Of a stretch of DNA of 50,853 nt, positions 38,233-47,905 are shown piece by piece. The DNA lies in contig DASRDR010000130.1 in the NCBI GenBank assembly GCA_035652475.1, positions 1-50,853 on the forward strand, written 5' to 3'. A program made the translations under genes and the position numbers. The first letter of the stretch is position 1; every line of letters begins with the position of its first letter. The stretch comes from Candidatus Methylomirabilota bacterium. Its GTDB lineage: Bacteria > Methylomirabilota > Methylomirabilia > Rokubacteriales > DASRDR01. The notes beneath the pieces are model-generated. The model saw only the letters and a list, made by a program, of their open reading frames with translations. It was not told the DNA's origin and made no database searches.

Positions 38233-39021
38233 CTAACGGCCGCGGAAGGCGGGCGGCCGCTTCTCGGCGAACGCCCGGACGCCCTCGGCGAAGTCCTCGG
38301 TGTGGCCGCTCTGCGCGATGGCCTGGCTCTCGTGCTCCATCTGGGTCTCGAGGCTCTCGGTCGTCGACAGGTGCAGGAGCCGCTTGCCCCGCCCGAACGC
38401 GAGCGTGGGGCCCTGGGCCAGCTCCGCGGCCAGGCGCCGGACCGCCTCCGGGAACTCCGGGTCGGGCACCGCGCGCGTGGCCAGGCCCCACTCGACCGCC
38501 TCGCGGGCGGTGAGCACGCGGTTCGTGTAGAAGAGCTCCATCGCGCGCCGGAGCCCCACCAGCCGCGGGAGCCAGTAGGTCGAGGACCCGTCCGGCGACG
38601 CGGCGATCCGCGAGTAGGCCATGGTGAACCGGGCCGACTCGGCCGCGACCACCAGGTCGCCCGCCAGCGCGAGCGCCAGGCCGCCGCCGGCCGCGACGCC
38701 GTTGACCGCGGTGATCACCGGCTTCGGGGTGCGGACCAGCCGCGAGACCACGCCGTGGATCTGCGTGGTGAGCTCCTTGAGGAGGATCCCGATCCGCGGG
38801 AGCGCCTGGACGAACTCCTTCACGTCCCCGCCGCCGCAGAACGCCTTGCCGGCGCCGGTCAGGACGATGCAGCGCACCCCGGGATCCTCGTCCACCTCCA
38901 GCACGGCATGGAACAGTTGCTGGGCGAGCGGCAGCGTGAGCGCGTTGAACGCGTCCGGACGGTTGAGCGTGATGGTCGCGATGCCCCGGTCCCGCTCGAG
39001 CGTGATGGCGTCGTACCGCAT
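38233..39021 (-). CDS. Enoyl-CoA hydratase/isomerase (crotonase) family protein
   Basis: ITLNRPDAFNAL...VLTGAGKAFCGGGDVKEF...AVNGVAAGGGLALALAGD. ATG at 39021 after GGAGGGGG. Confidence 0.9.
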   Translation of the reverse strand: MRYDAITLERDRGIATITLNRPDAFNALTLPLAQQLFHAVLEVDEDPGVRCIVLTGAGKAFCGGGDVKEFVQALPRIGILLKELTTQIHGVVSRLVRTPKPVITAVNGVAAGGGLALALAGDLVVAAESARFTMAYSRIAASPDGSSTYWLPRLVGLRRAMELFYTNRVLTAREAVEWGLATRAVPDPEFPEAVRRLAAELAQGPTLAFGRGKRLLHLSTTESLETQMEHESQAIAQSGHTEDFAEGVRAFAEKRPPAFRGR

Positions 39022-39180
39022 GCCCCCTCCTCGCCGGGCGATCCCGTCGCCACGCGCCTCGGCGCGGCCATTCTGCCACGGCCCCGGCGGGGTGGCGTCT
39101 CGGGTCTGTCCCGGCAAACCGAGACACCCCCGGCGGCGGCCAGGATGAAGGCCGTCCGGAACGGCTGTAGAATTGATGCC

Positions 39181-40296
39181 GTGACGCAGCGGACCACCTG
39201 GCTGATCGCGGTCGTGCTCGTCGTGGCGCTCCTCGTGATCGTCGGGGTGGTCACGATCCGGGTCGACATCCATCCGCCCCGCTGGGCGGCCGCCGAGTTC
39301 TGGACGAACGCGTCCCGGGACGGCGCGATGCTGCCCGCCTTCCAGCTCTGGGTCGACCTCGCCAAGGCGGCCCGGCCGGCGGTGGTCAACGTGAGCACCC
39401 AGTCGCGCATCACCGACCCGCGGGCCGAGTTCTTCCGCCGGTTCTTCGAGGGGCCGCAGGGCGGCCAGCGCTCGAGCCTCGGCTCCGGGTTCATCCTCTC
39501 CCGCGAGGGCTACGTGGTGACCAACAACCACGTGGTCGCGGGCGGCGGGGACATCATCGTGCGGCTGGACGGCGGCAGCGAGCACCCGGCCCGCATCGTG
39601 GGCACCGATGCCGCGACCGACCTGGCGCTCCTGAAGGTGGAGGGCGGCTCGTTCGCCGTGCTCCCGCTCGGCGACTCCGACCAGCTGCAGGTCGGGGAGC
39701 CGGTGATGGCGATCGGCAACCCGTTCGGCCTCGACCAGACGGTCACCACCGGGATCGTCAGCGCGAAGGAGCGCTTCATCGGCAGCGGCCCCTACGACGA
39801 CTTCATCCAGACCGACGCCTCGATCAACCCGGGGAACTCGGGAGGCCCGCTGCTCGACAGTCGCGGCGCGGTCGTCGGCATCAACAGCGCGATCTTCTCC
39901 CAGTCCGGCGGGTCGATCGGGATCGGCTTCGCGATCCCGATCAACCTCGCCAAGACCGTCCTGGTGCAGCTCCGCGAGCGCGGCACGGTGGTGCGGGGCT
40001 ACCTCGGAGTCTCGGTCCGGCCGGTGACGCCGAGCGCCGCCGAGGCGGCCGGCCTGGCCGAGTCGCGGGGCGCCATCGTCGACAGCGTGGTCGAGGCCTC
40101 GCCGGCCGAGAAGGCCGGCGTGCAGCGGGGCGACGTGATCGTGGCCGTCAACGACCAGCCGGTCGCGGGGCCGCCCGAGCTCACCCGCCGGATCGCCGGC
40201 ATCGCGCCGGGGACGCAGGTGCAGCTGTCGATCGTCCGCAGCCGGAAGGAGATGAAGATCCCCGTCGAGCTCGGGCGCCTGCCCGAGCGCCGCTGA
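39181..40296 (+). CDS. htrA: HtrA/DegP-family serine protease (trypsin-like S1C domain + one PDZ) with N-terminal TM anchor
   Basis: GSGFILS.EGYVVTNNHVV (His), TDLALLKV (Asp), TDASINPGNSGGPL (Ser), PDZ GAIVDSV...SPAEKAGVQRGDVIVAVN. GTG 39181 is preferred because TAGAAT (39168-39173) lies 7 nt upstream. An alternative ATG is at 39145. Confidence 0.9.
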   Translation: MTQRTTWLIAVVLVVALLVIVGVVTIRVDIHPPRWAAAEFWTNASRDGAMLPAFQLWVDLAKAARPAVVNVSTQSRITDPRAEFFRRFFEGPQGGQRSSLGSGFILSREGYVVTNNHVVAGGGDIIVRLDGGSEHPARIVGTDAATDLALLKVEGGSFAVLPLGDSDQLQVGEPVMAIGNPFGLDQTVTTGIVSAKERFIGSGPYDDFIQTDASINPGNSGGPLLDSRGAVVGINSAIFSQSGGSIGIGFAIPINLAKTVLVQLRERGTVVRGYLGVSVRPVTPSAAEAAGLAESRGAIVDSVVEASPAEKAGVQRGDVIVAVNDQPVAGPPELTRRIAGIAPGTQVQLSIVRSRKEMKIPVELGRLPERR

Positions 40297-40308
40297 CCCG
40301 CCGCGAGG

Positions 40309-40406
40309 GGACCGGAGCGCCCGCCGGGATCCCCGGCGCGGGCCGGACCGTGCTGCCCCGGCCTGCCGGACCGGACCGGAGCGCCCGCCGGGATCCCCGG
40401 CGCGGG
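40309..40406. repeat. 34-bp perfect direct repeat (40309-40342 and 40373-40406, period 64 bp), each copy containing the hairpin CGCCGGG-atc-CCCGGCG, just after the htrA stop
   Basis: GGACCGGAGCGCCCGCCGGGATCCCCGGCGCGGG occurs twice, with a 30-bp spacer. Confidence 0.9.
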
Positions 40407-40457
40407 TCGAGGCGGGGGCCGCGCCCGCCGGCGCGGCGCGCGCGGACCGGCGGGCGG

Positions 40458-41372
40458 CTAGCCGGTGGCGGGCCGCGACGCCGGCGCGGCGCCCGCGGGC
40501 GCGTCCGCTCCGGCAGTCGACGCGGCGTGGGCGCCGTGGCCCGGCGTCCCGGCGCGCATCGCCCCACCGGCGCCGGTCGAGGCCCCGCCGCTGAGTCCGG
40601 GCCGCGCCGCCAGGAACGCCCGGATCGCCGCGTTCACGCGCTCCGGCTGCTCGAGCTGGGGGAAGTGGCCCGCGCCCGGGACCTCGACCGTCTCCGCGCC
40701 GGGGATCGCCGCCGCCAGGAAGCGCGCGTACCTGGGCGGCGTGAGCTGGTCGTCTGCGCCGGCCACGACGAGCGTCGGGGCGCGGATCGCGCCGACGCGC
40801 GCCATCACGTCGAAGCGGTCGCACGCCAGGAAGTCCCCGAGCGTCACCAGCGGCGCCGTTTCGCGGAGCACGCGGTCGGCCACCGCCACCCGCCCCGCCG
40901 GGGTCGACGGCGCGTACGAGAGCCCGCGCAGGAGGCTCCGGCCCTCCGGCGGCCGGTCTCGCAGGAGCTCGAGGATCCGCGCGAAGACGCGGAGCCGCGC
41001 GCCCGTCGCGACCAGGACCAGCCCGGCCAGGCGCTCCGGCCGCTCGAGCGCGAGGGTCTGGGCGACCGCGCCGCCCATCGAGTGGCCGCCCAGGACGACG
41101 CGGTCCAGGCCGAGCGCGTCGAGGAACTGGACGAGCCAGGCCGCGTACGCGGCGACGCTCGGCCGGGGGCGCCCGGCGAGCGGGCCGTGGCCGGGCAGGT
41201 CCGGCGCGATCACCCGCGCGACGTCCGCCAGGCCCTCGAGCTGCGGCGCCCACAGCGCCCCCGCCCCGCCCGCGCCGTGGACCAGGACGAGCGCCGGGCC
41301 GGCGCCCGCCTCGAGCCAGCCCGCCGCGGCGCCGCCGACCGCCTGGCTCCGGCGGGCGGGGGGCGCGGTCAC
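40458..41372 (-). CDS. alpha/beta-fold hydrolase
   Basis: LVLVHGAGGAG...PDLPGHG...LGGHSMGGAVA...GAGHFPQLEQP. The GTG start overlaps the upstream stop (GTGA). Confidence 0.83.
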   Translation of the reverse strand: MTAPPARRSQAVGGAAAGWLEAGAGPALVLVHGAGGAGALWAPQLEGLADVARVIAPDLPGHGPLAGRPRPSVAAYAAWLVQFLDALGLDRVVLGGHSMGGAVAQTLALERPERLAGLVLVATGARLRVFARILELLRDRPPEGRSLLRGLSYAPSTPAGRVAVADRVLRETAPLVTLGDFLACDRFDVMARVGAIRAPTLVVAGADDQLTPPRYARFLAAAIPGAETVEVPGAGHFPQLEQPERVNAAIRAFLAARPGLSGGASTGAGGAMRAGTPGHGAHAASTAGADAPAGAAPASRPATG

Positions 41373-42478
41373 AGCACCGCGCCGCGCGCGGTGATCGGCC
41401 ACAGCGCCGCGACCCGGCCGCCCCGGACGGCGACGTACCAGTCGTAGAGGTTGATCGTCGGGTCGCAGTGCCCGGGGACCAGCCACACGCGGTCCCCGAT
41501 CGCGACGCGCTCCCCGTCCGCGACCCGCAGCACCCCGTGCTCGTCGGAGGCGCGCTGGTACTCGAGCCCCGGCCGCTGCCAGACCCGCGGCATCCCCTTG
41601 TCGACCGACAGCGCCTTCAGGCCCGCGTCGACGACGGCCCGGTCGGGCGCCGGCCGGCTCATGACGGTCGCCACGACGAACAGCGCGTGCTCGAACTCGC
41701 GGGGGAAGCCCTCGACCAGGCCGTACTCCACGTCCATGAAGCAGTACGAGCCCGCCTGGACCTCCGTGTACACGCCGCTCGCCGCCTCGTAGCGGTAGGT
41801 TCCGGTGCCCGCCCCGGAGACGATCGGGCAGGCGAGCCCCTCGCGCTTCAGGAGGTCCACCGTGTGACGCACCTCGGCGATGGCGGCCTCCATCGTCGCC
41901 CGGCGCTGCGCCTCGTCGACGATGTGCTGGGCTCGCCCGTGGTACGCCTGGAGCCCTGCGAACGCGAGGTGCCGGTGCCCGGCGACCGCGCGGGCGAGCG
42001 CGACCGCGGGCGGCCCCGGCGGCACGCCGCACCGGGCCATGCCGATGTCGATCTCCACCAGCACCGGGAGGCGGATCCCGGCCGCGGCCGCCGCCAGGTC
42101 GAGGTCGCGCGCGTTCCCCGCGTCGTCGACGCAGACCGCGACGTCGGCCTCCCGGGCGAGCGCGACCAGGCGCGCGATCTTGCGGGCGCCGACGATCTCG
42201 TTCGACACGAGGACGTTCCGCACGCCGCCGTAGACCATCGCCTCCGCCTCGCTCACCTTCTGGCAGCAGGCGCCCACCGCCCCGCGGGCCACCTGGTGGA
42301 GGGCGACCACCGGCGACTTGTGGGTCTTGGCGTGGCCGCGGAGCCGGACCGGGGTACCCGCCAGCGAGGCCACCATCCGGTCGAGGTTGCGCTCGTAGGC
42401 CTCGACGTCCACCACCAGGGCGGGCGTGTCGATCTCCTCGAGGGGCGCGCCGACCTCCGCCGGCGGCCGGACCGTCAC
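41369..42478 (-). CDS. D-threonine aldolase / DSD1-family PLP enzyme (alanine-racemase-N fold)
   Basis: IDTPALVVD...NL..M...LRGHAKTHKSP (PLP Lys)...EIDIGMARCG...LVPGHCDPTINLYD. GTG start after GGGAGG. Confidence 0.85.
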   Translation of the reverse strand: MTVRPPAEVGAPLEEIDTPALVVDVEAYERNLDRMVASLAGTPVRLRGHAKTHKSPVVALHQVARGAVGACCQKVSEAEAMVYGGVRNVLVSNEIVGARKIARLVALAREADVAVCVDDAGNARDLDLAAAAAGIRLPVLVEIDIGMARCGVPPGPPAVALARAVAGHRHLAFAGLQAYHGRAQHIVDEAQRRATMEAAIAEVRHTVDLLKREGLACPIVSGAGTGTYRYEAASGVYTEVQAGSYCFMDVEYGLVEGFPREFEHALFVVATVMSRPAPDRAVVDAGLKALSVDKGMPRVWQRPGLEYQRASDEHGVLRVADGERVAIGDRVWLVPGHCDPTINLYDWYVAVRGGRVAALWPITARGAVL

Positions 42479-42545
42479 GGCCGCCTCCCGGGCCGGGACC
42501 GGAGGCGAGGCGCGAGGGACGGACGGCAGGGCACGGGGAGCGGTG

Positions 42546-43616
42546 TCACAGTCGTGGCAAAACCTCCTCCGCCAAGAGGCGCATGGAGCGCGTCCAGAGC
42601 TCGCGCGGCTGCCACTCGTGGCCGATGACCAGCAGCATCCCGAAGCCGCCGACCTCGTCCCGGAGGCGCCGGAGCCGCGCGGTCACCTCGTCCGGGTCGC
42701 CGACGATCCAGATGTGGTCCGCGAGGTACTCCAGGGTGACCGCGGCGTCCGGGAGCGCGGGGTCGGTCTTGAGGACCTCCACCCCCCGCGAGCGCCGGAT
42801 CAGCGGCAGGAAGTAGCCGGTCCAGTCGCGGGCGAGCGGGCCGTCCAGCGCCTGCCGGCGCGCCTCCGCCGTCGTCTCGGCGACCAGCACGTCGCGCGCG
42901 ATCCGCCACGCGCCCCGGTCGGGGGCGCGGCCGCTCCGCCGGGCTCCCTCCTCCACCGCCGCCCAGTGGGTCCGCAGCACCCGGGGCGGGACGAAGTTGA
43001 TGCTCATCGGGAGGTAGCCGCGCTCGCCGGCCACGAGGAGCGTGTCGGATTTCTCGGTCACGCCGGCCACGGCGATCGGCGGGTGCGGGCGCTGGTAGGG
43101 CCGGTAGTGGAGCCGGAGGGCGATCTCCTCCTGCGGCTCCGGGACCCGGAAGCGCCAGCGCGCGGTCTCGTAGAGCCCCGGCTTGGGGTCGCTCCAGAGC
43201 GCGAGGATCAGGTCGAGGGCGGCCCGCGTGACCTCGCGGTGCTCCCCGCCCTTGACGTCGAGCCCGAAGAGCTCGAGGTCGCCGGGGAACCCGCCCGAGC
43301 CCACGCCCCACAGGAACCGCCCCGCCGCCAGGTGGTCCAGCTGGGCGATCCGGTGGGCCAGCATGAGGGGATGGTGGTTCGGGAGGCACGAGACGCCGGT
43401 CCCGAGCTTCATGCGCCGCGTGACGCCGAGGGCCCGCGCGATGAACAGGTCGGGGCACGGGATGTTCTCCCACTCGGCGGTCAGGTGCTCGCCAACCCAG
43501 GCCTCCTCGAACCCCAGCTCGTCGAGGAACGCGAGCTGGGCCAGGTCGTCCGCCATCGTCCGGCCGGGATCGGACCCCGGCGGGTGCAGCGGCATCGTGA
43601 AGTAGCCGAGACGCAT
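42546..43616 (-). CDS. LLM-class (luciferase-like) flavin-dependent oxidoreductase
   Basis: MRLGYFTMPLHPPG...LGFEEAWVGEH...LGTGVSCLPNHHPLMLAHRIAQLDHL..GRF.WGVG. SD GGAGGAGG. Confidence 0.88.
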   Translation of the reverse strand: MRLGYFTMPLHPPGSDPGRTMADDLAQLAFLDELGFEEAWVGEHLTAEWENIPCPDLFIARALGVTRRMKLGTGVSCLPNHHPLMLAHRIAQLDHLAAGRFLWGVGSGGFPGDLELFGLDVKGGEHREVTRAALDLILALWSDPKPGLYETARWRFRVPEPQEEIALRLHYRPYQRPHPPIAVAGVTEKSDTLLVAGERGYLPMSINFVPPRVLRTHWAAVEEGARRSGRAPDRGAWRIARDVLVAETTAEARRQALDGPLARDWTGYFLPLIRRSRGVEVLKTDPALPDAAVTLEYLADHIWIVGDPDEVTARLRRLRDEVGGFGMLLVIGHEWQPRELWTRSMRLLAEEVLPRL

Positions 43617-43814
43617 CGGGCCTCCTCCGCCGCCGGCCGGGCGGCTCGGGGCCGACCGGACGGGACGCGCGCTAGCCTATCACGCTCGCGCGGGACTCGC
43701 CGCCGCCGGCCTGGCGCGAGCGGCCCATCGCGCGCACCCGCGCGCCGCGGCGCTGTAGACTGGAGGGCAGTTCCGGTCCGCACCCCTTCATCCTCGAGCG
43801 CAAGGAGCGATCGC

Positions 43815-44927
43815 ATGACCGAGACGGGCAGGCTGGCCGCCTGGATGGGCGTCGGCAAGGGCTTCGAGATCCGCGAGTACCCGGTGCCGGACCCGAAGCC
43901 CGGGGCGATCGTCGTCAAGATCGCCCTGGCGAACGTGTGCGGCTCCGACATGCACTACTGGAAGGGCGAGCTGGACATGGAGAAGCGGGGGCGGAAGCTC
44001 CCGATCAACACGGGCCACGAGCACACCGGGACGGTCCATCGGCTCGGCGCCGGCGTGACCACCGACTCCGCGGGGCAGCCGCTCCACGAGGGCGACCGCG
44101 TGATCTACCGCTACTTCATCCCGTGCGGCCGCTGCCGGGCGTGCCTCCGGCGGCAGTACAAGTCCTGCCCGACCCGGCAGGCGAACTGGTCGGTGACCTG
44201 CGACGTCTGGCCGCACTTCCAGGGCGGCTACGGCCAGTACTTCTACCTCGGCCCGAACCACGCGATCTTCCGGATCCCGGACGAGATCACCGACCCCATG
44301 GCGGCCGGGATCAACTGCGCCTTCACCCAGGTCTACGCGGCGCTGGACATCGCCGGATTCAAGGCGGGGCAGACCGTGGCCATCCAGGGCGCCGGCGGCC
44401 TCGGGGTCTACGCGTGCGCCGTCGCCCGCGAGATGGGCGCAGCGCGGGTGATCGTGATCGACGGCGTCCCGGAGCGGCTCGCCCTGGCCCGGGCGTTCGG
44501 CGCCGACGACGTGGTCGACCTCCGGGAGTGCCCGACGCCGGCGGCGCGGATCGCGCGGGTCCTGGAGCTGACCGGGCGCTGGGGAGCCGACGTCGTGATG
44601 GAGCTGGTCGGGCACCCCGACGTCGTCGACGAGGGCCTGCGGATGACCGCGCCGGAGGGGACGTACCTCGAGATCGGCAACATCAACGTGGGCTGGGAGA
44701 CCCGGTTCGACCCCGCGTGGATCCTGTTCGGCAACCGCCGCATCATCGGGGTCGCCCACTACGAGGCCGAGCACCTCAAGGCGACCCTGGACCTCATGAT
44801 CCGCACGCGCACGCGGTACCCGTACGACCGGATCCTCTCGCACGTGTTCCCGCTCGAGCAGATCAACGAGGCGTTCCGGCAGCAGGAGGACGGCCACATC
44901 ACCCGGGGCGCGATCGCCCCGAACTGA
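43815..44927 (+). CDS. Zinc-dependent alcohol dehydrogenase (MDR family)
   Basis: CGSDMHYW...GHEHTG..., structural-Zn cluster CGRCRACLRRQYKSC, and GAGGLGVYA Rossmann motif. ATG after AAGGAG. Confidence 0.9.
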   Translation: MTETGRLAAWMGVGKGFEIREYPVPDPKPGAIVVKIALANVCGSDMHYWKGELDMEKRGRKLPINTGHEHTGTVHRLGAGVTTDSAGQPLHEGDRVIYRYFIPCGRCRACLRRQYKSCPTRQANWSVTCDVWPHFQGGYGQYFYLGPNHAIFRIPDEITDPMAAGINCAFTQVYAALDIAGFKAGQTVAIQGAGGLGVYACAVAREMGAARVIVIDGVPERLALARAFGADDVVDLRECPTPAARIARVLELTGRWGADVVMELVGHPDVVDEGLRMTAPEGTYLEIGNINVGWETRFDPAWILFGNRRIIGVAHYEAEHLKATLDLMIRTRTRYPYDRILSHVFPLEQINEAFRQQEDGHITRGAIAPN

Positions 44928-45181
44928 GCGGCGCGCAGGGCCGGTCCCCCGCCCGGTGCCAAGCCCGGTGGTCCGGGCCGGCGACCCGGCGGCCCCGCGC
45001 GGGTGGGCGTTCGCCGCTCGACGCGCGGGCGATCCGGACCGGCGGGCTGCGGGCGCGCGGGCGCCGACGGGCCGGGTGGCGATCCGGGCGCCAGGCGCGG
45101 CGAGGCCGCTCGCGGCTCGCAACGCCGACCGCGAGCGAGGCGCGGTGGCAGACGGTCCGCCCCGCCGCGGCGGCGCACGCG

Positions 45182-46099
45182 TCAGGCGTCGGGGAGCGCG
45201 CTCCGCAGCCGGTCGAGGTCGGCGAGCACGTCGTCGATCGTCGCCGCCGCGGGCCAGGCGACGTACTCCGCCACGCCCAGGTCGCGGAGGCGCGCGAGGT
45301 CGCCGCGCACCTGGGCGGCGTTCCCCGTGAGCGGCTCCCGCTTGGCCTCGTCCGCCGCCGCCTCGCCGACCTGGAAGCCCTTCATGTACACGATCTGGAA
45401 CGCGGCCGGATCCCGGCCGGCGTCGCGGACGAGCTGCCGGAGCTGCCGCCCCATCTGATCCAGGACGTTGAACGGCAGACTCGAGGGGATCCAGCCGTCC
45501 GCGACGGCCGCCGTCCGCCGGAGCGCCGCCGGCACGTAGCCGGCCAGGTAGATCGGCGGATGGGGGCGCTGGACCGGCTTGAGGCCGATGTAGGACGGGG
45601 CCACGCGGAAGTACTGCCCCCGGAACTCCACCGGATCCGGGCCCCACATCGCCTCGAGCACCCGGATGAACTCGTCGGCCCGGCGACCGCGGGACGCGGG
45701 GTCGGCGCCGACCGCCTCCAGCTCGTCCGCCGACCAGGCATGGCCCAGCCCCACCCGGAGGCGACCTCCGGAGAGCACGTCGAGCGTGGCGAGTCGCCGC
45801 GCGAGGACGACCGGATGGTAGAAGGGGATGTTCAGAACGCTCGTGCCGACCCGGATGCGCCGCGTGTGCGCCGCCGCCCAGGTGAGGGCCTCCACGGGGT
45901 CCATCGCGATCTTGAACGCCTCGGGCATCACGCCATCCGCGGTGACCGGGTACGGCGTGCGCGGCCTCACGGGGTAGAGGAGCCGGTCGGCGACCCAGAG
46001 CGTGTCGTAGCCCAGCGCCTCGGCGCGCTGGGCGACGCGGACCAGGTTCTCCGGTGTGGCGAGCGGCCCGAGGGACGGCAGGACGCAACTCAAGCGCAT
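45182..46099 (-). CDS. LLM-class oxidoreductase (probably F420- or flavin-dependent)
   Basis: AEALGYDTLWVADRL...VGTSVLNIPFYHPVVLARRLATLDVLSGGRLRVGLG. ATG at 46099 after AAGGAGG. The upstream part of the track ORF is junk. Confidence 0.87.
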   Translation of the reverse strand: MRLSCVLPSLGPLATPENLVRVAQRAEALGYDTLWVADRLLYPVRPRTPYPVTADGVMPEAFKIAMDPVEALTWAAAHTRRIRVGTSVLNIPFYHPVVLARRLATLDVLSGGRLRVGLGHAWSADELEAVGADPASRGRRADEFIRVLEAMWGPDPVEFRGQYFRVAPSYIGLKPVQRPHPPIYLAGYVPAALRRTAAVADGWIPSSLPFNVLDQMGRQLRQLVRDAGRDPAAFQIVYMKGFQVGEAAADEAKREPLTGNAAQVRGDLARLRDLGVAEYVAWPAAATIDDVLADLDRLRSALPDA

Positions 46100-46320
46100 G
46101 GGGGGCCTCCTTCTCCGATCCGACCGCTCCAGCGTACGGCGGTGCGGCGCGCGCGAGCAAGCGGGCCGGCTCCGACGACACCTCCGGGGTTCCCCGGGCC
46201 CGGCCCGCGGCCGCGGACCGGCGCGACCCCGTCGAGCGGCGCCGCGGCGCCCGGGCCCTCGGCGGCCCCGCGAGGTCGCGCCCTGACGCCGGCGACCCGT
46301 CGGCGGCGGCGGCCGTCGCC

Positions 46321-46349
46321 TTGACAGCCCTGGAGGGGTGGCCCAGACT
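46321..46349 (+). promoter_or_regulatory. sigma70-like promoter candidate, TTGACA-N17-CAGACT, upstream of the sugar-type ABC operon
   Basis: Perfect -35 at 46321-46326. The -10 at 46344-46349 keeps A2 and T6. A leader of about 35 nt contains AAGGAGGG. Confidence 0.4.
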
Positions 46350-46389
46350 ACGGCCGCACGCACGCTACCACCGGCTCAAGGAGGGTGTC

Positions 46390-47736
46390 ATGGCGGACCC
46401 GCAGGCCACCTCCCCCCGCGTCTCCCGCCGCACCGTGCTCCGTCTCGGGGGCGCCGCCCTGGCCGGCGCGGCGACGGGGCCGTTCGTGTTCACGCCGGCC
46501 CGCGCCCAGGGCTTCAACTGGAAGCGCTTCCAGGGCAAGGAGCTCTTCTTCCTCTTCTACAAGCACCCGTGGGTCGACGAGATCGTGACCCACGTCCCGG
46601 AGTTCGAGTCCCTCACCGGCATGAAGGTGAAGTACGAGATCCTGCCCGAGGTGCAGGGCCGCCAGAAGCTGGTCGTCGAGATGACCGGCGGCTCGGGCGG
46701 CGTCGACGGGTTCCACTCGTCGATGCACGTCGAGAAGCGCCGGTTCTGGAAGGCCGGGTGGTACCAGCCCCTCAACAAGTTCCTGGAGGACCCGACGCTC
46801 ACGCCGCCGGACTTCGACTGGAACGACATCGTGCCGGGCGCGAAGGCGGCGGTCCTGCAGCCCGACAAGTCGATCAGCGGCATCCCGACCTTCGTCGACC
46901 CGTTCGTGCTCTTCTACCGCAAGGACCTCTACGACCAGAAGGGCTGGAAGCCCCCCAGGACGATCGCCGAGATGGAGAGCCAGGCGAAGGCCCTCCACGC
47001 CCCGCCCGGGACGTACGGCATCGTCTACCGGGGTCTGAAGAACGCCAACGCCACGCCGTGGGCGTACGTGCTCTTCGCGTTCGGCGGCGACTACCTCACC
47101 AAGGACGGCAAGTCCGCGCTCACGACCGAACCGTGGGTGCGGGCGATGGACTGGTATGCGGGGACGCTCCGGAAGTACGGGCCGCCCGGCGTGGTGAACT
47201 TCAACTGGTACGAGTGCAGCTCGGCGTTCATGCAGGGGCAGGTCGGCCTCTACTTCGACGGCGTGAACTTCGCCAACCAGTTCGAGGACCCGGCGAAGTC
47301 GAAGATCGCCGGGAAGGTCGGGTACGCGGTCCTGCCGGCCGGGCCGGCCGGCCACTACACCTGCACCTTCACCAACGCGATGGCGGTCTCCGCCCAGAGC
47401 CGGAACAAGGAGGCCGCGTACCTCTTCTGCGCCTGGTCGACGAACAAGCAGAACGCCGTCCGCGAGCTCCTGGCCGGGGTGGGCGTCGGCCGCGCCTCGA
47501 CCTGGGCGAACCCCGAGGTCAAGGCGAAGCCCAAGATGCCGCAGAGCTGGTACGACGCCTACCTCGAATCGCTCAAGATCGGGCGGCCCGGGCTCCCCGA
47601 GATCGTCGGCGTCACCGAGTACCGCGACATCATCGGCGTCGCCATCCAGAAGGCGATCGAGGGGGCGCCGTCGGCCCAGGTGCTGGCCGACGCGAGCCGG
47701 GAGTTCCAGGACCTCCTGAACCGCACCGAGGGGTAG
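46390..47736 (+). CDS. ABC transporter substrate-binding protein (family 1, carbohydrate-type) with Tat-like signal
   Basis: SRRTVLRLGGAALAGAATGPFVFTPARAQ, then the typical SBP_bac_1 body (GIPTFVDPFVLFYRKDLY...WAYVLFAFGGDY). Confidence 0.9.
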   Translation: MADPQATSPRVSRRTVLRLGGAALAGAATGPFVFTPARAQGFNWKRFQGKELFFLFYKHPWVDEIVTHVPEFESLTGMKVKYEILPEVQGRQKLVVEMTGGSGGVDGFHSSMHVEKRRFWKAGWYQPLNKFLEDPTLTPPDFDWNDIVPGAKAAVLQPDKSISGIPTFVDPFVLFYRKDLYDQKGWKPPRTIAEMESQAKALHAPPGTYGIVYRGLKNANATPWAYVLFAFGGDYLTKDGKSALTTEPWVRAMDWYAGTLRKYGPPGVVNFNWYECSSAFMQGQVGLYFDGVNFANQFEDPAKSKIAGKVGYAVLPAGPAGHYTCTFTNAMAVSAQSRNKEAAYLFCAWSTNKQNAVRELLAGVGVGRASTWANPEVKAKPKMPQSWYDAYLESLKIGRPGLPEIVGVTEYRDIIGVAIQKAIEGAPSAQVLADASREFQDLLNRTEG

Positions 47737-47905
47737 CCGCGGGCCGGCGCGCCGGCCGGGGCTGCCCGGGCGGGCGAGCTGGACCCGCGGCGGCCCCGGC
47801 CGCCGGGGGCCCGGCACGCGCGGCCCGAGCCGGCCGCGCCGCGGCCGGGCATCCGGGGCGGGCGCGCGCCCCCGCGCACCGGCTGCCGGGCCTGCCCTCC
47901 CGCCC

